Sequence record: DRR723986_3491
Length of the DNA: 48,330 nucleotides
Reading direction: 5' to 3' (one strand)
Shown in pieces: positions 40,566 to 48,330 of the stretch (position 1 is the first letter of the stretch; each line of letters starts with the position of its first letter). A program made the translations under genes and the position numbers. The notes below the pieces were generated by a model. The model was not told where the DNA came from, searched no databases, and saw only the letters and a list, made by a program, of their open reading frames with translations.

Positions 40566-41792
40566 ATGAAAACCTACCTGGTCGGCGGCGCGGTGCGCGA
40601 TGATTTGCTCGGCTACCCGGTCACCGAGCGCGACTGGGTGGTGGTTGGCGCCACTCCGGAAGACCTGTTCGCCTTGGGCTACCGGCAGGTGGGCAAGGAC
40701 TTCCCGGTATTCCTGCACCCCGACACGAAAGAGGAATACGCCCTCGCCCGCACCGAGCGCAAACAGGGTCACGGCTATACCGGCTTCGAGGTGCATTACG
40801 ATCCCTCGGTGACTCTGGAGGAAGACCTCGAGCGCCGTGACCTGACGGTCAATGCCATGGCCAGGGCCGAAGACGGCACCCTGGTTGACCCTTATGGCGG
40901 CCAGGATGATCTCGAGGCGCGGGTATTACGCCATGTATCAGACGCCTTCGTCGAGGATCCCCTGCGGGTGCTGCGCGTGGCCCGCTTCGCCGCCCGCTAT
41001 GCACACCAGGGCTTTACCGTCGCCCCCGAAACCATCGCCCTGATGGGCGAGATCGTCGCCCAGAATGAGCTGGCCTACCTGCCCGCCGAGCGCCTGTGGG
41101 TGGAATTCGAACGGGCCCTGGGTGAGCGCGATCCCGATGTGTTTATCGAGGTGCTGCGAGCATGCGGCGCTCTGGAAGCCCTGCTGCCCGAAATAAACGC
41201 CCTGTTCGGCGTGCCCCAGGTCGCGGAACACCACCCGGAAATCGATACCGGGCTGCACACCCTGATGGCCCTGCGTCAGGCCACGCGGCTCTCACCCGAT
41301 ACGGATGTGCGCTTCGCCGTGCTGATGCACGATCTGGGTAAGGGCCTCACCCCCGAGGCCGACTGGCCGCGGCACATCGCCCACGAACACACCGGTCTGG
41401 CGCTGGTCAATCGGGTTTGCGAGCGGCTCAGGGTACCCACGCGCCACCGTGACCTCGCGCGCAAGGCCTGCGAGTACCATACGCACTGCCACCGGGCGCT
41501 GGAATTGAAAGGCGCAACCATTCTCAAGCTGCTGAACGCCACCGACGCCCTGCGCAACCCGGACCGCTTCGAGGCCTTCCTCCTGGCCTGCGAGGCGGAT
41601 GCCCTTGGTCGGTTGGGGCTTGAGGAGCGTGATTACCCGCAGGCCGATTACCTGCGTCAGGCATTGGCGACTGCGAACGCGGTAACGGCGGCGGATTTCC
41701 AGGCCGCGGGGCTGTCTGGCAAGCAGTTGGGGGAGGCAATCAGCGCTGAGCGGGTCAGGCGCCTGGAGGCGCAGCGGCCAAACGCCAGGTAG
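40566..41792 (+). CDS. cca: multifunctional CCA-adding enzyme (with HD domain)
   Basis: [36 protein letters not shown] and HDLGK motifs. Confidence 0.97.
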   Translation: MKTYLVGGAVRDDLLGYPVTERDWVVVGATPEDLFALGYRQVGKDFPVFLHPDTKEEYALARTERKQGHGYTGFEVHYDPSVTLEEDLERRDLTVNAMARAEDGTLVDPYGGQDDLEARVLRHVSDAFVEDPLRVLRVARFAARYAHQGFTVAPETIALMGEIVAQNELAYLPAERLWVEFERALGERDPDVFIEVLRACGALEALLPEINALFGVPQVAEHHPEIDTGLHTLMALRQATRLSPDTDVRFAVLMHDLGKGLTPEADWPRHIAHEHTGLALVNRVCERLRVPTRHRDLARKACEYHTHCHRALELKGATILKLLNATDALRNPDRFEAFLLACEADALGRLGLEERDYPQADYLRQALATANAVTAADFQAAGLSGKQLGEAISAERVRRLEAQRPNAR

Positions 41793-41810
41793 GGCCGCAA
41801 GCGGTCAAGG

Positions 41811-43136
41811 TCAGGCCTTGATCACCTTGTCATTCGCTTCGCGGTAGCGGCCCCGGCTGTCCACAATCAGGCGGGCGTGTTCGAGTATCAAGCCGTAATC
41901 GAAGTCATCGTGATCGGTAACCAGCACCACCGCGTCGAAGCTGGCGAGATTCTCCGCGCTCAGTTCCTCGCTGCTCAGGTCAAAGCTGTAGTCGCGCTTG
42001 GCGGGGAAGGTCGGCACATGGGGGTCCGCATAGGCGATCCTGGCACCGCGGTCGGCCAGCAGCGCGAGAATCTCCACCGCCGGTGACTCGCGGGTATCAC
42101 CCACGTTCTTTTTATACGCCAGCCCCAGCACCAATACCCGGCTGCCGTTGACCGCTTTGCCTGCCTCGTTGAGGCCATCGATCAGCTTGGCAACCACGTA
42201 GGCCGGCATCGCCCGGTTCACCTGCCCGGAAAGCTCGATGAAGCGGGTATCAACGCCGTACTGGCGCGCCTTCCAGGTCAGGTAGAACGGGTCGATGGGG
42301 ATGCAGTGCCCGCCGAGACCGGGACCCGGGTAATACGGCGTAAAGCCGAAGGGCTTGGTGGCGGCGGCGTCCACCACCTCGAAGATATCGATGCCCATCC
42401 GGTCGGCGACCAGCTTCATCTCGTTTACCAGGCCGATGTTCACCGCCCGGTGGATGTTCTCCAGCAATTTGGTCATCTCCGCGGCGTCCGTGGAGCTGAG
42501 AGGCACTACCTGGTCGATTACCGTCGAGTACAGCGCCGTGCCCGCCGCGAGGCAGTTGGCGGTGATCCCGCCCACCAGTTTGGGGATGGTGTGGGTGGTG
42601 AAGTCCGCGTTGCCTGGATCTTCCCGCTCCGGCGAATAGACCACGAAAAAGTCCTGCCCCACCGTGAGTCCCGCCGCCTCGGCCCGGGGTACCACTTCCT
42701 CCCGGGTGGTACCGGGATAGGTAGTGCTTTCCAGCGACAGCACCTGCCCGGCGCGCAAGTGCGGCGCCAGCGTATCGAGGGTGGAGGTCACGAAGCTGAG
42801 GTCGGGTTCCAGCTGCCGGTTCAGCGGGGTCGGCACACAGATGATGATCGCGTCGCACTCCGCAGCCCGGCTGAAGTCGGTGCTGGCTTCCAGGCCGGCG
42901 TCCCGGGCCTGCGCCACAGCCTCACCCGGGATGTGATCGATATAGCTGTCGCCGGCGTTCAGTATCGCCACCTTCGCCGGGTCGATATCCAGGCCCAGCA
43001 CCCGGAAACCGCAGCCGGCAAAGCGCAGCGACAGCGGCAGGCCCACATAGCCCAGGCCGACGATGCAGATGCTCGCCTCGCGCCTGGCCAGCTTGTCCCT
43101 CAATGATGCCAACTCGTCCACTATCGTCTCCGTCAT
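41811..43136 (-). CDS. UDP-N-acetyl-D-glucosamine 6-dehydrogenase (WbpA-like nucleotide sugar dehydrogenase)
   Basis: [43 protein letters not shown] and D.RESP motifs. Confidence 0.85.
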   Translation of the reverse strand: MTETIVDELASLRDKLARREASICIVGLGYVGLPLSLRFAGCGFRVLGLDIDPAKVAILNAGDSYIDHIPGEAVAQARDAGLEASTDFSRAAECDAIIICVPTPLNRQLEPDLSFVTSTLDTLAPHLRAGQVLSLESTTYPGTTREEVVPRAEAAGLTVGQDFFVVYSPEREDPGNADFTTHTIPKLVGGITANCLAAGTALYSTVIDQVVPLSSTDAAEMTKLLENIHRAVNIGLVNEMKLVADRMGIDIFEVVDAAATKPFGFTPYYPGPGLGGHCIPIDPFYLTWKARQYGVDTRFIELSGQVNRAMPAYVVAKLIDGLNEAGKAVNGSRVLVLGLAYKKNVGDTRESPAVEILALLADRGARIAYADPHVPTFPAKRDYSFDLSSEELSAENLASFDAVVLVTDHDDFDYGLILEHARLIVDSRGRYREANDKVIKA

Positions 43137-43154
43137 ACGGCCTGCAACTGCCGC

Positions 43155-43667
43155 TCAACCGGCAGAAATCGCCCTGCCCCGCCAGTCAAAGGCCACCCGG
43201 GTCAGCGGCTGGGCAGCTTGATCATAGCCTTGCCACAGCGCGGCGTAAGTCTCCCCCATCTGAGGGTGGCAAACGGTCGGCGCCAGCTCCGCCAGCGGCC
43301 GCAGCACAAAGGCGTTCTGCACAATCTCACCGCGCGGCAGCTCAACCCCGTCCACGGTGCCTACCAGCTCACCATAAGTGAGGATGTCGATATCGAGCTG
43401 GCGGGCGCTGAACCGGGTCGCATTCACGGGCCGGCCGTGTTCGAACTCGATCTGGCGCAGGGCTTGTTGCAGCTCACCCACGGTGAGCCCGGTCTCGATC
43501 CTCACCACCAGGTTGAGGAAGGGCTGCCCGTCGAAGCCGATCGCCGCGCTTTCGTAAACCGGCGACAGGGTGAGTTCGCCGAACAGGCCCGCGATGGCGT
43601 CCAGGCCAGCGGTGATGTAGCGCTCGCGCTCAATATTGCTGCCAACCCCAAGGTATACCGTCGCCAT
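43155..43667 (-). CDS. folK: 6-hydroxymethyl-7,8-dihydropterin pyrophosphokinase
   Basis: YLGVGSN, FLN, R.LDIDIL and AFVLRPL motifs. Confidence 0.92.
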   Translation of the reverse strand: MATVYLGVGSNIERERYITAGLDAIAGLFGELTLSPVYESAAIGFDGQPFLNLVVRIETGLTVGELQQALRQIEFEHGRPVNATRFSARQLDIDILTYGELVGTVDGVELPRGEIVQNAFVLRPLAELAPTVCHPQMGETYAALWQGYDQAAQPLTRVAFDWRGRAISAG

Positions 43668-44023
43668 CAGGATCGCTCGCCCCGCTCGATGATCACACCG
43701 ACGGTGGTCGCTGCTGCCACGGCGCCGGGCTTGCTGAGCCGCAAGCGCACCCAGGGCACCCCGAATTCGCCCATCACTATTTCGGTGACTCGCTCCGCCA
43801 GGGTCTCAATCAGCTGGAACTCACTGGCTTCTATAAAGGACAGCAGCCGCTTCGACACCTCGGCATAGTCCAGCGCATCGGCCACCGCATCGGTGGCAGC
43901 GCCCGCCCGGGTATCAGAGGCCATCTCCAGATCGAGCACCACGGTCTGGCGGATGCCGCGTTCCCAGTCGTAAACGCCAATCACCGTCTCCGCGCGCAGT
44001 TCACTGATAAACACCGTATCCAT
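43667..44023 (-). CDS. folB: dihydroneopterin aldolase
   Basis: Real start MDTVFI at 44023; IGVYDWER, LDY, LIETLAE and KPGAV motifs. Confidence 0.95.
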   Translation of the reverse strand: MDTVFISELRAETVIGVYDWERGIRQTVVLDLEMASDTRAGAATDAVADALDYAEVSKRLLSFIEASEFQLIETLAERVTEIVMGEFGVPWVRLRLSKPGAVAAATTVGVIIERGERS

Positions 44024-45066
44024 CAGGCGGCACTCCCGGTGAGAATCGGCGGCAGCTCGGTCATTGGCCAGCGCGGCCGCACCGCCGCCTCCGGCCCGTC
44101 GACCTGCCCGGCCGCCAGGCGCTGGGCACCGGCATAGGCAATCATCGCGCCGTTGTCGGTACAGAACTGCGGCGCCGGGTAGAACACCTGGGCGCCTTTC
44201 TTGCCCAGGGCGGTCTGCAGTCGGGCCCGCAGATTGCGATTGGCGCTGACCCCACCGGCCATCACCAGGGTTTTCAGGCCTTCCTGCTCCAAAGCGCGGC
44301 GACACTTGATCACCAGGGTCGCCACTACCGCCTCCTCGAAGGCGCGGGCGATATCGGCCTTGTCCTGCTCGCTGAGGCCACCGTCGTCCTCGCAGGCCTT
44401 GACCGTGTTGAGGGTGAAGGTCTTGAGCCCGCTGAAGCTGAAGTCCAGCCCCGGGCGATTGACCATGGGCCGCGGGAAGTCGAAGCGCTCCGGGTCACCG
44501 CTCTCGGCCAGACGGGCAATATGCGGCCCGCCCGGATAGGGCAGGCCGAGCATCTTGGCGGCCTTGTCGAAAGCCTCACCGGCGGCATCGTCCAGCGACT
44601 CCCCGAGCATGGTGTACTGGCCGATCCCGTCCACCCGTACCAGCTGGGTGTGCCCGCCGGAGACCAACAGGGCGACAAAGGGGAAATCCGGGTGCGAATC
44701 CTCCAGCATGGGCGCCAGCAGGTGGCCTTCCATATGGTGCACGCCCAGGGCGGGAATACCCCAGGTCCAGGCCAGGGACCGGGCCAGGGTCGCGCCGACC
44801 ATCAGCGCGCCCACCAGGCCGGGGCCGGCGGTGTAGGCCACACCCTCGATCTCGCGCGCGCTCACCCCCGCCTCGCTCAGCACCTGTTGCAGCAGCGGCA
44901 GGGTTTTGCGCACGTGGTCGCGGGAGGCCAGTTCCGGCACCACCCCGCCATATTCCACGTGGATATCCACCTGGCTGAACAGGGCGTGGGCCAGCAGGCC
45001 CCGCTGCGTGTCATACAGGGCCACGCCGGTCTCATCACAGGAGGTTTCAAGGCCGAGGATCAGCAT
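44023..45066 (-). CDS. tsaD: tRNA N6-threonylcarbamoyltransferase TsaD
   Basis: [35 protein letters not shown] and TDNGAMIA motifs. Confidence 0.97.
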   Translation of the reverse strand: MLILGLETSCDETGVALYDTQRGLLAHALFSQVDIHVEYGGVVPELASRDHVRKTLPLLQQVLSEAGVSAREIEGVAYTAGPGLVGALMVGATLARSLAWTWGIPALGVHHMEGHLLAPMLEDSHPDFPFVALLVSGGHTQLVRVDGIGQYTMLGESLDDAAGEAFDKAAKMLGLPYPGGPHIARLAESGDPERFDFPRPMVNRPGLDFSFSGLKTFTLNTVKACEDDGGLSEQDKADIARAFEEAVVATLVIKCRRALEQEGLKTLVMAGGVSANRNLRARLQTALGKKGAQVFYPAPQFCTDNGAMIAYAGAQRLAAGQVDGPEAAVRPRWPMTELPPILTGSAA

Positions 45067-45156
45067 CAGGGCGGTCGTTAGCTCAAAGCAGGGCATGATA
45101 CTGCCCGGCCCTGTGGCAGGCCAGCACAGTGGCCAGAAATTACCGGTTTTCGACCT

Positions 45157-45185
45157 TTGCAAATTCGGGGCCGGGAGGATAGAAT
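45157..45185 (+). promoter_or_regulatory. sigma70 promoter of rpsU operon
   Basis: TTGCAA-N17-TAGAAT followed by the GC-rich discriminator GCGCGCCC, typical of stringent-response promoters. Confidence 0.7.
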
Positions 45186-45264
45186 GCGCGCCCTTTCAGG
45201 CGTTGACTGCCCATTTTGTGTGTCTGCGCCTTTTACAAACAGGACAGGTAGAGAGTTACAGTTA

Positions 45265-45480
45265 ATGCCGCATATCAAGCTTAAGGAAAACGAGCCGTTT
45301 GACGTTGCCCTGCGTCGCTTCAAGCGCTCCTGCGAAAAAGCCGGTGTTCTGGCGGAAGTGCGCAAGCGTGAGCACTACGAGAAGCCGACCACCATTCGCA
45401 AGCGCGCCGCCGCTGCCGCCGTCAAGCGTCACCTGAAGAAGGTTTCCCGCGAGAACCGCAAGCGCGTACGTCTGTACTAG
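45265..45480 (+). CDS. rpsU: 30S ribosomal protein S21
   Basis: 71 aa [27 protein letters not shown]...YEKPT...RLY. Confidence 0.97.
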   Translation: MPHIKLKENEPFDVALRRFKRSCEKAGVLAEVRKREHYEKPTTIRKRAAAAAVKRHLKKVSRENRKRVRLY

Positions 45481-45498
45481 GCGTACGCCGACCCCTCC

Positions 45499-45954
45499 GT
45501 GAGCGACCAATCCCTCAAGGAAGCCATCAAGGCGGAAATGAAATCCGCCATGCGGGCCAAGGACAAGGAGCGGTTGCTGACCATTCGGCTGATCCAGGCC
45601 GAATTCAAGCGAATCGAAGTAGACGAGCGCATCGAGATCGATGACGAGCGCGCCCTGGCGGTGCTCGACAAGATGGTCAAGCAGCGCCGCGACTCAGCCC
45701 AGCAGTACGAGGCCGCAGGCCGCGAAGAGCTGGCCGCCACCGAGAACGCCGAAATCGCCGTCATCCAGGAATTTCTGCCCGCCCAGCTGGGCGAGGACGA
45801 ACTGGCCGCCATGGTCGATGCCGCCATCGCCGCAGCAGGCGGCAGCGGAATGCAGGCCATGGGCGCGGTCATGGGGCAACTCAAGCCCCAACTCGCCGGC
45901 CGCGCCGACATGGGCGCCGTGAGCAAGCTGGTCAAGGCGAAGCTCGCCGGCTAA
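45499..45954 (+). CDS. GatB/YqeY domain protein
   Basis: MKSAMRAKDKERL, KQRRDS, FLPAQL, MG.VMG and GRADM motifs; between rpsU and dnaG. Confidence 0.92.
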   Translation: MSDQSLKEAIKAEMKSAMRAKDKERLLTIRLIQAEFKRIEVDERIEIDDERALAVLDKMVKQRRDSAQQYEAAGREELAATENAEIAVIQEFLPAQLGEDELAAMVDAAIAAAGGSGMQAMGAVMGQLKPQLAGRADMGAVSKLVKAKLAG

Positions 45955-46066
45955 CCCGCCGCCGCTTTCGGCAGCGGAACCCTCATCTCCACTAAACAAT
46001 CCCCGGGCGGCGTGTGACAATACGCTGCTGAGCTGTTGCACCACCCGAACCGAGAACCCGGGCCCC

Positions 46067-47950
46067 ATGGCAGGACGTATTCCACAAAAATTCCTCGACG
46101 ACCTGCTCGACAGGGTCGATATCGTGGAAGTGGTGGACCGGCGGGTCAAACTGAAGAAGGCGGGTAAGAACTACTCCGCCCGCTGCCCCTTCCACGAGGA
46201 AAAAACCCCCTCCTTCACGGTCAACGGCGACAAGCAGTTCTACTATTGCTTCGGCTGCGGCGCCGGCGGCAATGCCCTCGGCTTCGTGATGGACTACGAG
46301 AACGTGGACTTCCCGCAGGCCGTGGAAACCCTGGCCGCCAGTGTGGGTCTGGACGTGCCCCGCGAGCAGGCCCGGCGCGGTCCCGGCGGCGAAGCCGTCC
46401 CCGAGCAGAGCAACAAGCCCCTGTACGACCTGCTGGAGCAGGCAGCGAATTACTACAAGCGCCAGCTGCGGGAACACCCCGCCGCGCCGCGGGCGGTGGA
46501 TTACCTCAAGGGGCGCGGGTTGACCGGGGTAGTCGCCCGGGAATTCGACCTCGGCTTCGCCCCACCCGGCTGGGATAACCTGCTCAATGCGCTGGGCACC
46601 AGTGACGAGGCCCGGCAGCAGCTGCTCAAGACCGGAATGGTGGTGGAAAACGACAGCGGCCGGATCTACGACCGCTTCCGGGACCGGGTGGTATTCCCGA
46701 TCCGCGACCAGCGTGGGCGGGTGATCGCCTTCGGTGGCCGGGTGCTGGGAGACGACAAGCCCAAGTACCTCAACTCCCCGGAGACCGAGATTTTCCACAA
46801 GGGCCGTGAACTCTACGGGCTCTATCAGGCCCGCCAGGCGAATCGCAAGCTGGAGCGCATCCTGGTGGTGGAAGGCTACATGGACGTGATTGCCCTGGCC
46901 CAGCACGGAATCAGCAATGCCACCGCCACCCTCGGTACCGCCACCAGTGCCACCCACCTGCAGCGCATCTACCGCCAGTGTCCGGAAGTGGTGTTTTGTT
47001 TTGACGGCGACGAGGCCGGGCGCAAGGCCGCGTTCCGGGCCCTGGAAGCGGCCATCCCCTGCATGGAAGACGGGCGCCAGGCGCGCTTCCTGTTCCTGCC
47101 CGAGGGGGAAGACCCGGACACCGTGGTGCGCGACAAGGGTCCGGAGCAGTTCAACACCCTGGTCGAGCGCGCCCAGCCGCTGGAGACCTTCCTGTTCGAT
47201 GCCCTGGCCGAGGGTATCGATATCAGCAGCATGGATGGCCGTGCCCGCTACAGTAAACGGGTGCTGCCCTACCTGCGGCAGCTGCCGGAGGGGGTATTCC
47301 GGGAGCTGATGTTCCGCGACCTGGCCGAGCGCACCGGTCTGGAACTGGCCAGCCTGATGCAGCTGCAGGCGCCGCCACCCCCCACCCCCGAGCCGCCACC
47401 CCCGGACTACGAGGGGGATTACGGCCCACCGCCCACCGAGCACGATCTCCCGGAAGACCCCGGCATCCAGCCGCGCCAGCGCAGCGTGCTGGAAAAGGCC
47501 CGGGCGGGTTATGCCAACATCGCCCAGAGTGCTATTGCCCTGCTCCTGCACCAGCCGGGCATTGCCGGCCTGGCTGACCTCGAGCAGCTGGCCGGGCTGG
47601 AAGGCGAGGATATCCAGCTGCTGCGGGACGTTCTCACCCTGCTGCACCTGCGACCGGATTCCAACACCGCTATGCTGCTGGGGCACTGGTACGGTACCCC
47701 GGAGGGCGAGTTGCTCAACCGCCTGGCCGGCCAGGAGCGACTTATTCCCACTGAGGGTATCGAGCAGCAGTTCGTCGATACAGTGGATGTGCTCTCGCAG
47801 CTGCCTCATCGATCAAAAATCGACGAGCAAGTCGACAAACTGAAACGCGCCGACTACGCTCAAATGAGCCACAGTGAGAAACAGCGATTGAGGGAGCTGC
47901 TGCAGCAAAAAGCGCAGCTGGACGCCCAGCGCAACCCGCGCAAACGCTGA
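46067..47950 (+). CDS. dnaG: DNA primase
   Basis: CPFH...CFGC zinc finger, DRFRDR, KYLNSPET, EGYMD and FDGDEAG TOPRIM motifs. Confidence 0.98.
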   Translation: MAGRIPQKFLDDLLDRVDIVEVVDRRVKLKKAGKNYSARCPFHEEKTPSFTVNGDKQFYYCFGCGAGGNALGFVMDYENVDFPQAVETLAASVGLDVPREQARRGPGGEAVPEQSNKPLYDLLEQAANYYKRQLREHPAAPRAVDYLKGRGLTGVVAREFDLGFAPPGWDNLLNALGTSDEARQQLLKTGMVVENDSGRIYDRFRDRVVFPIRDQRGRVIAFGGRVLGDDKPKYLNSPETEIFHKGRELYGLYQARQANRKLERILVVEGYMDVIALAQHGISNATATLGTATSATHLQRIYRQCPEVVFCFDGDEAGRKAAFRALEAAIPCMEDGRQARFLFLPEGEDPDTVVRDKGPEQFNTLVERAQPLETFLFDALAEGIDISSMDGRARYSKRVLPYLRQLPEGVFRELMFRDLAERTGLELASLMQLQAPPPPTPEPPPPDYEGDYGPPPTEHDLPEDPGIQPRQRSVLEKARAGYANIAQSAIALLLHQPGIAGLADLEQLAGLEGEDIQLLRDVLTLLHLRPDSNTAMLLGHWYGTPEGELLNRLAGQERLIPTEGIEQQFVDTVDVLSQLPHRSKIDEQVDKLKRADYAQMSHSEKQRLRELLQQKAQLDAQRNPRKR

Positions 47951-48042
47951 TCCGGGCAATGTCCCGGGGAGCGTCATCCGGGGCGTCTGATGAGGTAAAA
48001 TGGCGAGATTCCGGCCCCGGATAAGGCTCGATAAGCGCCGGA

Positions 48043-48071
48043 CTGGAAAATTCGACCAAATGCCCCCATCT
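48043..48071 (+). promoter_or_regulatory. putative sigma32 (RpoH) promoter upstream of rpoD
   Basis: CTGGAAA-N14-CCCCATCT compared with the consensus CTTGAAA-N13-17-CCCCATNT. Confidence 0.6.
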
Positions 48072-48165
48072 AAGGCTAAATACCCGGCCTGAAGTAGTTA
48101 ACTTGCTGCCAATCCGGTTATAATCGCCGGCTAATTTTTTTTTGCTATTTCAAAGGTTTCTCTCG

Positions 48166-48330
48166 ATGAACGACGTCGTTCAACAGCAGTCCCGCCTCAA
48201 GGCACTTATCGCCAAGGGCAAGGAACAAGGCTACCTGACCTACTCGGAGGTGAACGACCACCTGCCGGAGGACATCTCCGATCCGGATCAGGTCGAAGAC
48301 ATCATCCAGATGATCAACGACATGGGCATC
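48166..48330 (+). CDS. rpoD: RNA polymerase sigma70 factor (5' end only)
   Basis: MNDVVQQQSRLKALIAKGKEQGYLTYSEVNDHLPEDISDPDQVEDIIQMINDMGI is region 1.1; follows dnaG. Confidence 0.97.
   Translation, partial: MNDVVQQQSRLKALIAKGKEQGYLTYSEVNDHLPEDISDPDQVEDIIQMINDMGI

Noticed and set aside
43667-44305. 212-aa version of folB, and N-terminally extended tsaD, rpsU, cca, galE and DprE1 ORFs
   Set aside because: The extensions overlap neighbouring genes or promoters; downstream starts match the conserved N-termini.
45956-45977. GC hairpin between yqeY and dnaG as an intrinsic terminator
   Set aside because: The stem has a mismatch and no U tract; it may be a pause or processing site but is unsupported.
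47368-47465. Pro-rich low-complexity stretch in DnaG as an insertion or intein
   Set aside because: Lies in the variable linker before the C-terminal helicase-binding domain; no intein motifs.
45992-47809. 605-aa minus-strand ORF
   Set aside because: Antisense shadow of dnaG, expected in high-GC DNA; no recognisable motifs.

Overview
High-GC gammaproteobacterial chromosome segment. Gene order and protein style are Pseudomonadales/Cellvibrionales-like, possibly Halieaceae; that placement is inference. The conserved backbone runs trpG'-trpE-rpe-murU-amgK / lptD-surA-pdxA ... rsmA-apaG-apaH / galE / cca / folK-folB-tsaD / rpsU-yqeY-dnaG-rpoD'. It is interrupted twice. A lower-GC polytopic membrane gene lies between lptD and surA, and a ~26 kb surface-glycan locus lies between pdxA and rsmA. 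The locus encodes an ABC-transporter-type D-rhamnan/mannan O-polysaccharide pathway: gmd, rmd, three GT4s, wzm/wzt with a CBM, a coiled-coil FkbM chain terminator, methyltransferases and a sulfotransferase-like protein. It also encodes two apparent lipid-linked-donor decoration modules. The first is a mycobacterial DPA-like pentofuranose module (HAD-UbiA, DprE1, DprE2, GtrA) carrying a second oxidase/reductase pair, which could yield an unusual pentofuranose such as Xylf or Lyxf. The second is a GacI/GacJ- or PpgS/Rv3632-like GT2 + DUF2304 pair with a GT-C candidate. An unannotated Trp-rich leader peptide (MSMREVTCWRW) precedes trpE. No CRISPR array, tRNA/rRNA gene, integrase or IS element was recognised. 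All family assignments come from motif recognition by eye, not database searches.
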